Source: Microgenomates group bacterium Gr01-1014_5 (lineage in GTDB: Bacteria > Patescibacteriota > Microgenomatia > UBA8517 > UBA10165). Taken from it: a stretch of DNA of 37,759 nt. Shown here in pieces: positions 9,505 through 18,592 of this stretch. The stretch covers positions 1 through 37,759 of the forward strand of contig VMGE01000008.1 in assembly GCA_007376395.1 (NCBI GenBank). The letters are read 5' to 3'. The notes under the pieces are model-generated. The model searched no databases and was not told the origin of the DNA. It was given only the letters and a program-made list of their open reading frames with translations. Position 1 is the stretch's first letter; each line of letters opens with the position of its first letter. The position numbers and the translations under genes were made by a program.

Positions 9505-9537
9505 ATGGGTAGAGAAGTCTATTTCAAGACCTCCTTA

Positions 9538-10383
9538 ATGAATAATCTTGTTTCAGTTATTGTTACCACTAAAAATTCTGCCCATACACTACCTTTACTT
9601 TTGGAGAGCATTAAAGCACAAACATATAAAAATATAGAACTTATTGTCGTTGATAATAATTCCACAGATGAGACGAAATCGCTTGCCAAAAAATATACTA
9701 AAAAAGTTTTTAATAAAGGCCCTGAACGTTCGGCACAGAGAAACTTTGGAGCACAAGAGGCAAAAGGTGAATATCTCTTTATTTTGGACTCAGATATGGA
9801 GTTAACCCCCCGTGTTATGGAAGATTCTGTTGAAACAGCCCAGAAAACAGGGCTCAGCGCTCTTGTAGTGCCCGAGAGAACAGTTGGAGAGGGCTGGCTG
9901 GTAAAAGTGAGGCAATTCGAAAGAGAAATGTATATGGGGGATATGTCAATTGAAGTGGCCAGGTTTTTTAAGAAGGATGTCTTTTTCGAATTCAACGGTT
10001 ATGATTTACGCTTAACCGGCCCTGAAGATTATGATTTACCCTACCGCATTAGTAAAAAATATAAAATTGGTAGAGCTCATGAGTATATTTTACATCACGA
10101 AGAAGGGACAACACTCTCCAAGCTCCTGGCTAGAAAATATTATTACGGCTCTCAGGGAGCCCTGTATGCCCAAAAACACCCGGAATTAATCGGCGTGCAG
10201 GGTAATCTTCTTTTTCGAAAAGCTTATCTTGAAAATTGGCTTAAGTTTGTTAAACAACCGTTATTAGGTGCGAGTTTTCTCTTGGTTCGTTCTCTTGAAA
10301 CTATCTGGGCAATTGCGGGATTTATAAGCGCAGTTGGCGTTGGGGGTTTTGTGAAAGCTGTGCTTTCTTCTTTTTCCCGCTAG
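9538..10383 (+). CDS. Glycosyltransferase family 2
   Basis: Motifs VSVIVTTKN, VVDNNSTD, ERSAQRNFG, LDSDM and GPEDYD. Start placed at ATG 9538. Confidence 0.9.
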   Translation: MNNLVSVIVTTKNSAHTLPLLLESIKAQTYKNIELIVVDNNSTDETKSLAKKYTKKVFNKGPERSAQRNFGAQEAKGEYLFILDSDMELTPRVMEDSVETAQKTGLSALVVPERTVGEGWLVKVRQFEREMYMGDMSIEVARFFKKDVFFEFNGYDLRLTGPEDYDLPYRISKKYKIGRAHEYILHHEEGTTLSKLLARKYYYGSQGALYAQKHPELIGVQGNLLFRKAYLENWLKFVKQPLLGASFLLVRSLETIWAIAGFISAVGVGGFVKAVLSSFSR

Positions 10384-11513
10384 TTATATTTCTGTTTGTT
10401 GTGATTTTTGCGGATATTGGCAAGACCCATTATTAATTTTACTACCCTTGAAGAAACGTTTGTTGGGCGGTAAGTTTCTGGAATATCTACCCGCTCGCCA
10501 CTTTTTGCTTCATCAACGGTTAGTGCTACAGCTCTTGCAATAGAATCTCGGTTAAAACCGGTTAAAATAATGGAGCCTGTATCAAATGCCTCTGGACGCT
10601 CACTGCTAACTCTGATTTGCACTGCCCGAAATCCCATAATTGTACTTTCTTCTTGAATCGTACCGCTATCCGACAAGACACAAAGAGCATTCATTTGCAG
10701 TTTGTTGTAGTCTAAAAAGCCAAATGGTTCGTGTAAGACAACTTTAGACCCCACTTGAATATCGGCAGCCTCTAGTCTCACCTTGGTTCGTGGGTGCAAT
10801 GTAACTATTGCAGGAAACCCATATTCCTCTGTGATCGAATTTATTGACGCAAAGAGTTCCCGAAGATTATCTGGGTTATCAACGTTTTCTTCTCTGTGAG
10901 TACTTACGACAAAATACTCGCTCTCTTTAAGTTTTAGTTCTTCAAGTATGCCAGAAGCCTCAATGTCTGGTTTAAATTTAGTAAGTACTTCATTTAAAGG
11001 AGAGCCTGTTGTATAGATACTCCCAGGGTGCACCCCCTCGCGAATGAGATACCTTCTGCTATGTTCTCCGTATGGCAAATTGAAGTCGCTGATATGATCT
11101 ATAATTCTTCTGTTAATTTCTTCAGGGACATTATCGTCAAAAGACCTGTTGCCGGCTTCCATATGGAATATCGGGATCTTTAAACGTTTTGCAATGATTG
11201 TACAGAGAGCGCTGTTTGTATCCCCAAGAACGAGAAGCCCGTCAGGTTTTTCTTTTAACATGACTTCTTCTGTTTGGGTGAGTATATTAGCAAGTTGACC
11301 GCCAAGAGTATCTGCTTTTACCGACAGCACGTAATCCGGTTTCCTAAGTTTAAAATCTTCAAAAAACACGGTGCTCAGCTCCTTATCGTAACTTTGGCTG
11401 GTAAAAACTATAATGTGTTCAAAATATTCATCCATTTTGGGTAAAATGCACGAAAGCCTGATTATCTCAGGCCTTGTACCCATAACAGTCATAATTTTTA
11501 GTGCGTTTTTCAT
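10380..11513 (-). CDS. fnlC: Non-hydrolysing UDP-sugar 2-epimerase, FnlC/WbjD/Cap5G type (final step to UDP-L-FucNAc)
   Basis: Motifs GTRPEIIRLS, GDTNS, HMEAGNR, EEINRRIIDH, HREENVD, SDSGT and ERPE. Co-transcribed with fnlA. Start at ATG 11513 in an ATGA overlap. Confidence 0.85.
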   Translation of the reverse strand: MKNALKIMTVMGTRPEIIRLSCILPKMDEYFEHIIVFTSQSYDKELSTVFFEDFKLRKPDYVLSVKADTLGGQLANILTQTEEVMLKEKPDGLLVLGDTNSALCTIIAKRLKIPIFHMEAGNRSFDDNVPEEINRRIIDHISDFNLPYGEHSRRYLIREGVHPGSIYTTGSPLNEVLTKFKPDIEASGILEELKLKESEYFVVSTHREENVDNPDNLRELFASINSITEEYGFPAIVTLHPRTKVRLEAADIQVGSKVVLHEPFGFLDYNKLQMNALCVLSDSGTIQEESTIMGFRAVQIRVSSERPEAFDTGSIILTGFNRDSIARAVALTVDEAKSGERVDIPETYRPTNVSSRVVKLIMGLANIRKNHNKQKYN

Positions 11514-12223
11514 TCTGCTCCTCTTAGCCAATTAGTATATTCTAACATTTCTTCTTTCGTTGCAACATCCCCTTTTTCTTGGTATACGCGAATTTTTTCC
11601 ATTTCAGAAAAGATTTGTTTCCACCTTACTCCTCTGGGTTCGCGAGGCACCTCTTTAGTCCACGGAAGATCTACTGGAATTGTGTATAATCGAGTTTTAG
11701 GAAGAACACCTTCTTCATTAAGGATGTTTTTAATAAAGCTGCCAACGAGGCGAGGAAGATGGTAAGAAGACACAACTATAACCCATGGATCTTTTATTTT
11801 ATCATGTTCTTTTAGCGCATAAATATTTTGAGCTTGTGCCTTCGCATGTTCAGAAACGCCTTCTATAATAATTCTATCTTTAAGTGTTTTGTCTGCAATT
11901 CTGCCAAAAAGCCGCATTACTCGAGCAACCTTTTCTGCTGATGCGCCACCGGAAGGCATTTCTGCGTGACTCCATTTTCCCGTAATTACTAAACGAGGAG
12001 GAATAGACTGAGTTCTTGCATATTGCTTAAAGGCATTAAGAGCTGGTTTTACCCTGTCAAGCCAATCTCCTGTGGGCACTATTACAATTCCTATTTCAAT
12101 ATCCTTTGGAGGAGGATTGTTGCAAATCTCAAACAACTCTTTCCACTCCCCATAAACTACTTGTTGTTCTTCTGTCAGCAAGCTTAAAGGGTAAGGGTTG
12201 ACGTCGAAGCTATTTTCTGTCAT
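11510..12223 (-). CDS. DUF218 / YdcF (ElyC/SanA-like) protein
   Basis: Motifs LVITGK, IIIEGVSEHAKAQA and VVSSYHLPR. Start placed at ATG 12223. Confidence 0.7.
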   Translation of the reverse strand: MTENSFDVNPYPLSLLTEEQQVVYGEWKELFEICNNPPPKDIEIGIVIVPTGDWLDRVKPALNAFKQYARTQSIPPRLVITGKWSHAEMPSGGASAEKVARVMRLFGRIADKTLKDRIIIEGVSEHAKAQAQNIYALKEHDKIKDPWVIVVSSYHLPRLVGSFIKNILNEEGVLPKTRLYTIPVDLPWTKEVPREPRGVRWKQIFSEMEKIRVYQEKGDVATKEEMLEYTNWLRGAE

Positions 12224-13304
12224 CTGTCTGGTTTGACTTGAGGGCGTCTTGGATCTCAGGTAAAGTCGTGAGGAGATCGGTAGTTTGTTCCAAATTAAGT
12301 TGTTTAGTGTTTTCTGAAGTAAACGATACAACTTCTTCCAAGGGTGATCTTTTTCCTTTATCGTAATATTGCTGGTAATCAAGTCCTTGGCTTTCAGAGG
12401 GAATTTTATAATAATCTCCCTCGTCTTCAGCTCTCGCCATTTCTTCCTGAGAGATTAGTGTTTCGTGTATTTTTTCACCTGCTCTTATGCCGACAACCTT
12501 ATATCCTTTATCATAGTTGAAGATTTTACACACCGCTTGCGCTAGTGTTTCCATGTTTGTTGCCAGGGCTTTTTTGACATAAATATCGCCATTTTTACCA
12601 TTTGTCATGGCGTGTAGAACTAGTTCTACCGATTCCGAGAGAGGAAGTAAAAACCTGGTCATATTAGGATCGGTTACAGTCAAAACCTCACCCTTTTTAA
12701 TAAGTTCTATAAAATGAGGAATTACAGATCCCCTTGTCATGAGAACGTTGCCGTATCTTGTTCCGCAAAGCGTAGTTTGTCCATTGTTTTCCTCGTTTAA
12801 GCCGGAATTTGGCTCAGATATTTTTCTGGCGTCAGCAATCATTACTTTTTCCATTAAAGCTTTGGTTAGCCCCATGGCGTTAATTGGGTAGACTGCCTTG
12901 TCTGTCGAGAGAACCACTAAACGTTCAACTTTGTGCTGGATGGCGGCATTTATGACGTTGTGTGCTCCGAGAATGTTTGTTTTTATGGCTTCCAGCGGAA
13001 AAAACTCACAAGAAGGGACTTGTTTGAGGGCGGCCGCGTGAAAGACATAGTTTACTCCACCCATAACCCTGTTTATACTTTCCGCGTCTCTTACGTCTCC
13101 AATGACAAATTTAAGAGTGGGGGAGTTGTATAAATAACGCATATCGTGCTGTTTTTTCTCATCACGGCTAAAAACAATAATCCTTTTTGGTTCAAACTTA
13201 AGAAGACCAGAAATAACGGCGTTTCCAAAGGAACCTGTTCCCCCGGTTACCAAGATAACTTTACCGCGAATATCTTTTTCGTATTGGCTGTAAGAATTGC
13301 TCAT
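12210..13304 (-). CDS. fnlA: UDP-GlcNAc 4,6-dehydratase/5-epimerase, FnlA/WbjB/CapE type
   Basis: Motifs TGGTGSFG, SRDEKKQ, HAAALKQVPSCEFFP, STDKAVYPINAMG, TRYGNV and RAGEKIHE. Confidence 0.92.
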   Translation of the reverse strand: MSNSYSQYEKDIRGKVILVTGGTGSFGNAVISGLLKFEPKRIIVFSRDEKKQHDMRYLYNSPTLKFVIGDVRDAESINRVMGGVNYVFHAAALKQVPSCEFFPLEAIKTNILGAHNVINAAIQHKVERLVVLSTDKAVYPINAMGLTKALMEKVMIADARKISEPNSGLNEENNGQTTLCGTRYGNVLMTRGSVIPHFIELIKKGEVLTVTDPNMTRFLLPLSESVELVLHAMTNGKNGDIYVKKALATNMETLAQAVCKIFNYDKGYKVVGIRAGEKIHETLISQEEMARAEDEGDYYKIPSESQGLDYQQYYDKGKRSPLEEVVSFTSENTKQLNLEQTTDLLTTLPEIQDALKSNQTDDRK

Positions 13305-13699
13305 CTTTCTTCTGATATTGTATCAGGATCCTCCGGATTATACTGCTCGCTAATATGGGCGATTAAATACATTTCGTCTTTTCCGTTATTTTTTATTGCA
13401 TGCCAAACTTTTGGGGGGATTTTTACAGTAACCATATTTCCCCCTCCTAATTCAATTTCCTGTCTCTCACCGCTATCGTTATCTATAAGAGTTAACAAAC
13501 CATTTCCTTTGACAACACAAAACCATTCAGTTTTTCGCGTATGATAATGTTTACCTTTTGTTTGTTCAGGGGTGGCGGTTGTGATATAAACCTGTCCAAA
13601 CACAGGATTATCTATCTCATCTGCTCTTAAAATTTCTGCGAACCATCCGCGTTCGTCTTTTTTAACCTCTAAGTTTTTAATCGTTACACCGTTAATCAT
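13301..13699 (-). CDS. Stand-alone cupin resembling the C-terminal cupin domain of FnlB/CapF (RmlC/WxcM-like)
   Basis: Motifs DERGWFAE, HYHTRKTEWFCVVKG and IPPKVWHAIKN. ATG 13699 overlaps the upstream TGA. Confidence 0.8.
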   Translation of the reverse strand: MINGVTIKNLEVKKDERGWFAEILRADEIDNPVFGQVYITTATPEQTKGKHYHTRKTEWFCVVKGNGLLTLIDNDSGERQEIELGGGNMVTVKIPPKVWHAIKNNGKDEMYLIAHISEQYNPEDPDTISEER

Positions 13700-14511
13700 T
13701 TCATTACCTCTGTCAGTCCTTGTCCCAACGTCGTTTTTGGCTCCCAACCTAGTAATTCTTTAGCCATACTGTAAGTTTTATCTCTTGTAGGCCAGGGTGT
13801 TTCGGGAACAGCCTCATTATTATATACCACATTAATCTTTTTGTCAGACACACCCTCTATTGTTTTGAGTATCTTCTTCAAAGAGGTATGTTCCCCAGAG
13901 CAAATATCAATAATTTCGCTTAATTCTTCCTGTTTGTAAAGCGCGGCTTTGATAAATGCGTCAGCTGCGTCAGTAACGTAGATATAATCTCTTTCCTGCG
14001 ACCCGTCGCCATTTATCTGCAAAGTTTCACCAAGTTTTATTTGGTGAGCAAAAGTTGCGATAACAGAGTTATAGAATGGTTTTCCACCAGGGCCATAGAC
14101 GTTGGCCAAGCGAAGAACAGTACTCTGTATTTTATTTTTTACTCCATAAAGAGTAAGCAGTTCTTCAGCAAATTTTTTCGAGAGTCCATATAAACTATGT
14201 GGAAGATATACTTGAAAAGTGGAAGCAAAAATTATCCGGGCGCCGGGAGCATGTTTTACTACCGCATCAAGAAGGGAAAGCGTACCAAGCACATTGGTTT
14301 GAAATAATTCCTGGTATGTTCCGCGATTTACTCCTGCCAAATGGATAATCATATCCTGATTTTCAACAAAGTCTTTGAGTGATTCTGAATCTAGAAGATC
14401 GTGTTTTTTTCTATCTAAAAGTTTGAGCTCAACATCACTTTCTTGACTGATATTTCTAGCCACATTCTGACCTATAAAACCACTGGCTCCTGTAATTGCT
14501 ATTTTTTTCAC
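13696..14511 (-). CDS. SDR reductase resembling the N-terminal domain of FnlB/WbjC/CapF
   Basis: Motifs GASGFIG, HLAGVNR, YGLSK and NVYGPGGKPFYNSVIATF; GTG start. Confidence 0.8.
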   Translation of the reverse strand: MKKIAITGASGFIGQNVARNISQESDVELKLLDRKKHDLLDSESLKDFVENQDMIIHLAGVNRGTYQELFQTNVLGTLSLLDAVVKHAPGARIIFASTFQVYLPHSLYGLSKKFAEELLTLYGVKNKIQSTVLRLANVYGPGGKPFYNSVIATFAHQIKLGETLQINGDGSQERDYIYVTDAADAFIKAALYKQEELSEIIDICSGEHTSLKKILKTIEGVSDKKINVVYNNEAVPETPWPTRDKTYSMAKELLGWEPKTTLGQGLTEVMK

Positions 14512-15707
14512 TTTGAAAGTACCCTCCCTAAATTCTCTCTATATAACTTATCCCAATCAAACTGTTTAGCATATTTTAGCGCATTTTTACGATATTCCAA
14601 AAGAAGCTTAGGATTTGTTAATAGTTTTATTACCGCGTTGGCAAGCGAGTCAACAGTATAATCAATTATAATTCCTGCGCCAGCGTCTTCTATTTGTTTG
14701 TGTGTATAAACCGCTTTAGTTGTAATTACCGGTAAGCCTGAGGAGGTATAGTCTTTAATTTTGCCTGGATCAGCGTTTTTAACTTTGTCATCCAGAATGT
14801 TGTAATTAAAAGGAGCCATTCCTATAGCCGCACCCGATAGTCTAAGGTGAAAAGCTTCTCTTTCCTCCATCCAGTCCTCAAAGCTAATTCTCTTTTCCAC
14901 ACCAAGTTTTTCTGCAAGCTTCTTCCAATCTTCTCCTGCATCTCCACGACCAATAATATCAAGTGTTACTCTTGGTACTTTTTTAATAATCTTAGGCAAC
15001 GCTTGGATAACTAAATCTATTCCCATATATGGAATAAACCCGCCGGCATAAATCAGTTTATTCTTATCAAACTTTAAAGGAGAATATCTTTTTATTTTTG
15101 CCATCCACACACCTATCGGGACATGGTATTGTCTTTTTTTATATTCTTCGCCTGTCATCCCATGATCTTCTGCTCTGGCTTTTACCATACGTGCCCCTAA
15201 GTTCCAAGTTTCATCCGAGTATCTTACCGCGAACTTATCAATGCTGTGGTAAATCCAGTTCATCAAAGGATTTTGAAATCGAGTAGGGAAGTAATCGATA
15301 CAATAGTGGACTACAATATCTGCTCTTCCAAGACATCTTAAAATTATTCCTGCTACTGCATTTAATGGATCAAGAGCAATAATAACACTATATCTTGATC
15401 TTGTTTTAAATGTCCAAAATATTGTGTAAAGAAAATCTTTTACATAAAGGATTGGTTCAGGTAACCTCCAATGATATGCTTTCTCGCTTTTAGTTAATTT
15501 GCCTTTATCATACTGCTCATAATACGAACTTTTGGCATAGCTTTCTTTTATATATAAAAGGGGATGTGCAATAAATACAAGTCTCTTCGGAGTCTTTTCA
15601 AGAAGATAATCACGCAAAACATGAGCAACCCCACCTGTTACATGTTCATGGACGATTATAAGAATTTTGCTCTCTTTTATTTTTTGAACAAAATTAACAC
15701 CGATCAT
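14508..15707 (-). CDS. Glycosyltransferase family 4 (paralog A)
   Basis: Motifs IAHPLLY, DYFPTRF, ADPGKIKDY and GLPVITT. Confidence 0.88.
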   Translation of the reverse strand: MIGVNFVQKIKESKILIIVHEHVTGGVAHVLRDYLLEKTPKRLVFIAHPLLYIKESYAKSSYYEQYDKGKLTKSEKAYHWRLPEPILYVKDFLYTIFWTFKTRSRYSVIIALDPLNAVAGIILRCLGRADIVVHYCIDYFPTRFQNPLMNWIYHSIDKFAVRYSDETWNLGARMVKARAEDHGMTGEEYKKRQYHVPIGVWMAKIKRYSPLKFDKNKLIYAGGFIPYMGIDLVIQALPKIIKKVPRVTLDIIGRGDAGEDWKKLAEKLGVEKRISFEDWMEEREAFHLRLSGAAIGMAPFNYNILDDKVKNADPGKIKDYTSSGLPVITTKAVYTHKQIEDAGAGIIIDYTVDSLANAVIKLLTNPKLLLEYRKNALKYAKQFDWDKLYRENLGRVLSK

Positions 15708-16405
15708 GATTTTAATTTAAATATTAGGTTATTATGATTCTTACAAACTTTCCTATACCCTGATCGCATTAGTAACTTTTCCGAATCCATCTCAAATTTT
15801 TCTCCAGCTTCAAAGCAAACTATAGTCGGTTTAAATTTTTTCCAATTATTACTTTTTAAAACCTCATAGCCGTATCCTTCGACATCTATGCTTAGAAAAT
15901 CAATATGCTTACCTTTACAATATTTTTCCAGTATGCCTCTTAATTTCGAAATTTTTATTTTATAAGTACTAACCAATTTTAAACCTTCTTTTTTATAACT
16001 CTCGGCAGCCTTTTTAGAAAATGTTGAAAGTGTTTCGGGCACAAATTTAAAATAAGTAAGATTACCATTCTGGTTTGCGATGCCAAGGTTTAAATTTATA
16101 TCCCTGGGACGGGATTTATAGAATTTCTTAATATTTTTAGGATCTGGTTCGATATTAATACCAGTCCAGCCACGAAGATAAAACCTTTTTGTATTACTCA
16201 TTCGGCTAGGATCATATGCTCCAACATCGACATAAAAACCGAGAGGTTTATTCCCAAGTAAATTATCTATTAGAATATCTTCCTCGTTTTGGCTAAAAGA
16301 CCCTTTTGAAAACCCTCTTTTAAGCATTCGTACTTCGCCGATTAGGTTTTCGGTAAACTTTTTGGGACCATATATCTTTAAATATTGAAAAAGATTACTA
16401 ATCAT
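15704..16405 (-). CDS. FkbM family methyltransferase
   Basis: Motifs SFSQNEED, VDVGAYDP, GINIEP and FLSIDVEG. Start placed at ATG 16405. Confidence 0.9.
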   Translation of the reverse strand: MISNLFQYLKIYGPKKFTENLIGEVRMLKRGFSKGSFSQNEEDILIDNLLGNKPLGFYVDVGAYDPSRMSNTKRFYLRGWTGINIEPDPKNIKKFYKSRPRDINLNLGIANQNGNLTYFKFVPETLSTFSKKAAESYKKEGLKLVSTYKIKISKLRGILEKYCKGKHIDFLSIDVEGYGYEVLKSNNWKKFKPTIVCFEAGEKFEMDSEKLLMRSGYRKVCKNHNNLIFKLKS

Positions 16406-16407
16406 AT

Positions 16408-17529
16408 TCAGAAATTTTTTAAGACCTCTTTTCCTACTCTTACAGCATTTGCCATTATTGTCAAAGTTATTGGCTTTGCCGGTAGTGCTTTCCAAGAAGC
16501 AGAATCAGCAACATAAACTCTCTTGAAGTCATCTAGTTTGCCCTCGATATCGGTTTCAACCCCTCCAGCATAATGAGAACTCACCCTGTTTGTTAGTGTT
16601 ATTAAAGGAATAAGACCTAAAGAGAAGAGCATCTTTTTAATATTTGAGACCTCTTTTTTTTGTGCTATTATCTCTTCTGGGGAGTTGGTTACATGTACAG
16701 AAAATGCCTTGTTTTTAAGTTGCAGATATTTACTTTCTGACAAAAAAGCAGGAAAGCGGATATCTGCTATGACTAGCGCACCAAAAAGCTTGAATAAAAG
16801 TGGTTTGTAAGCGAATGGTTTGTAAAATTGGATGAAGTATCTAAGTCTGCTATTAGCCTCAGTATCTTGGTTTAGATATCCCTGTTGGTTAATACCAAAC
16901 TTACGTCCAATGTTTAAACATACAAGAATATAGTTTGGCTTGGTTAGATATAGCGCACGAGAAGTTTTAATGCTTTGCAAAACAATCCTTGTTGTATTTA
17001 TGGCTCCTGCCGCTAAAATTAGATACTTGCTATATAACTTTCCTTTTTTAGTTTGTAATTCGACAAGTTTATTATTGTCTCGGAATTTTAAAACTGTGTG
17101 TTTAGGTAGATAAGTAAAATTTTTATATTTTGTAAAACTATCAACTATTTTTGAAGACCGATAATTATTAATAACAGGCAAAAAATACAGGTTCTTGTGT
17201 TTTGTGGATTTAAGACTAAACCGTTTTGCCAGGTGTTTATATTCATTCTTAATTTGCGACACAGGGAGGCCTGAAATTTTAAGCTCATCTGTTGTGAAAA
17301 AATCACTTATTCCAAACCAAACTTCAGAAAACCCCCCTTTGCCTAGTCGTTGAACAACTTTTGTGTTACCGCTAATCTTTAGGTTTCCGAGCTGTGAGTC
17401 GACAATTGCGACTTTCAAACCTGACTTAACAAGAGGCTCTGCAGCATTGACTCCTGCTGGACCAGAGCCGACTATCAATACATCAAAAATAATGTTTTCC
17501 CCCCCAGTCAAAATAGAACTTCGTACCAC
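16408..17529 (-). CDS. Shortened GMC-family FAD oxidoreductase
   Basis: Motifs DVLIVGSGPAG, LGKGGFSEVW, LAAGAINT, SSHYAGG and VADSAS...PITLTIMANA. The start is GTG 17529 or TTG 17511. Confidence 0.78.
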   Translation of the reverse strand: MVRSSILTGGENIIFDVLIVGSGPAGVNAAEPLVKSGLKVAIVDSQLGNLKISGNTKVVQRLGKGGFSEVWFGISDFFTTDELKISGLPVSQIKNEYKHLAKRFSLKSTKHKNLYFLPVINNYRSSKIVDSFTKYKNFTYLPKHTVLKFRDNNKLVELQTKKGKLYSKYLILAAGAINTTRIVLQSIKTSRALYLTKPNYILVCLNIGRKFGINQQGYLNQDTEANSRLRYFIQFYKPFAYKPLLFKLFGALVIADIRFPAFLSESKYLQLKNKAFSVHVTNSPEEIIAQKKEVSNIKKMLFSLGLIPLITLTNRVSSHYAGGVETDIEGKLDDFKRVYVADSASWKALPAKPITLTIMANAVRVGKEVLKNF

Positions 17530-17537
17530 AATTACAC

Positions 17538-17547
17538 ATGATATACT
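17538..17547. promoter_or_regulatory. Overlapping divergent -10 pair ATGATATACT
   Basis: Reads TG-A-TATACT on + and TATCAT on -. Confidence 0.55.
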
Positions 17548-17569
17548 ATTTGGAAAACCAAGAGCAATT

Positions 17570-18592
17570 GTGAAAAAAGTATATTTCAAACCTCCATTTT
17601 CGCCTGCCTACTTAGGCAACAACCTTTTTCGTATTAAAAGTAAGCACAATACTTTTTTAGATATGGATAAAAAATTACTTAAAAAAGGAGTAATTTTAAA
17701 TACGATAGATTTAGATAAAAAGAACGATGGAGATTTGTATATATTTTCAGAAAGCCCCTATCCTTGGGAGGTTTTAATGTGGTTTAAAGTTTTCGCCACT
17801 TTTAATAAAAATATTCTACTAAGCCTTGAGTCTCCAATAGTAAATCCATTTAGCCATATGAGTGTTATGCATTCGCTTTTTAAGAAAATATATACCTGGG
17901 ATGATAACAGAGTTGATAGTGATAATAAAGTTGTTAAGAAGAAATATTTTAAGTTTCTGATTAACCAGTCATTGGTTGGGTTAGACACAAAAGTTGTTGA
18001 ATTTAGTAAAAGAAAACTTCTTACATTTGTAAACAGTAAAAAAGACGTACCATTTATATTCTTAATGTTGAGTCCTTATAAAACCAATCTTTATAAAGAG
18101 AGAATTAAGTCGCTGGATTTTTTTAACAAGAGAATTCCTAACGAATTTGATATTTATGGAGTAGGTTGGGACAAACCTATACTGTGGGACATTAAAGAGA
18201 GAGTACTTGGGGTTAAACAATATCCTACTTTTCGTCGTCCCTTATATGAAGATAAATATACGACCTTAGCAAAATACAAGTTTTGCTTGTGTTTTGAAAA
18301 TTCTGTCGCTCCGGGTTACATAACAGAAAAAATTTTTGACTGTTTTAAAGCACGTACTGTACCTATATATTGGGGAGCTCCGAATATCGAAAAATATATT
18401 AATAATCAATGTTTTATTGATTTTAGAAAATTTGATGGTTATGAAGATCTCTTAACCTATCTTCAAAATATGTCAGGAGCTGAATATAAAAAATATATTG
18501 ATGCAATAGATGGCTTTTTGAAAAATAGAGTTAATCGTAAAAACTGGTTTAGTGATAATTTTGTTGATATGGTTTTAGAAAACTCAAAATGA
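17570..18592 (+). CDS. GT10 (alpha-1,3/4-fucosyltransferase-like) glycosyltransferase
   Basis: KYKFCLCFENS..PGYITEKIFD....TVPIYWG is the GT10 signature. Start placed at GTG 17570. Confidence 0.85.
   Translation: MKKVYFKPPFSPAYLGNNLFRIKSKHNTFLDMDKKLLKKGVILNTIDLDKKNDGDLYIFSESPYPWEVLMWFKVFATFNKNILLSLESPIVNPFSHMSVMHSLFKKIYTWDDNRVDSDNKVVKKKYFKFLINQSLVGLDTKVVEFSKRKLLTFVNSKKDVPFIFLMLSPYKTNLYKERIKSLDFFNKRIPNEFDIYGVGWDKPILWDIKERVLGVKQYPTFRRPLYEDKYTTLAKYKFCLCFENSVAPGYITEKIFDCFKARTVPIYWGAPNIEKYINNQCFIDFRKFDGYEDLLTYLQNMSGAEYKKYIDAIDGFLKNRVNRKNWFSDNFVDMVLENSK

Noticed and set aside
9529-9537. ACCTCCTTA (anti-Shine-Dalgarno-like; TAAGGAGGT on the minus strand) just before ATG 9538
   Set aside because: No suitably spaced minus-strand ORF follows it. 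It is a single occurrence and likely chance.
9519-9995. 158-aa antisense ORF and the other short shadow ORFs in the track (e.g. 889-1149, 4425-4745, 13146-13544, 23181-23510)
   Set aside because: They lie wholly within well-supported genes and show no recognisable motifs.
17499-17505. G7 tract near the 5' end of the GMC gene as a phase-variation site
   Set aside because: Seven bases is short for a contingency tract and the gene is in frame from GTG/TTG. There is no evidence of variation.
17363-17589. Apparent 227-nt head-to-head overlap of the GMC and GT10 ORFs (similar extensions at 12382, 13747, 16495, 24898, 28498 and 32514)
   Set aside because: This is an artefact of longest-ORF calling. 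Downstream starts give coupled or promoter-consistent genes with little or no overlap.
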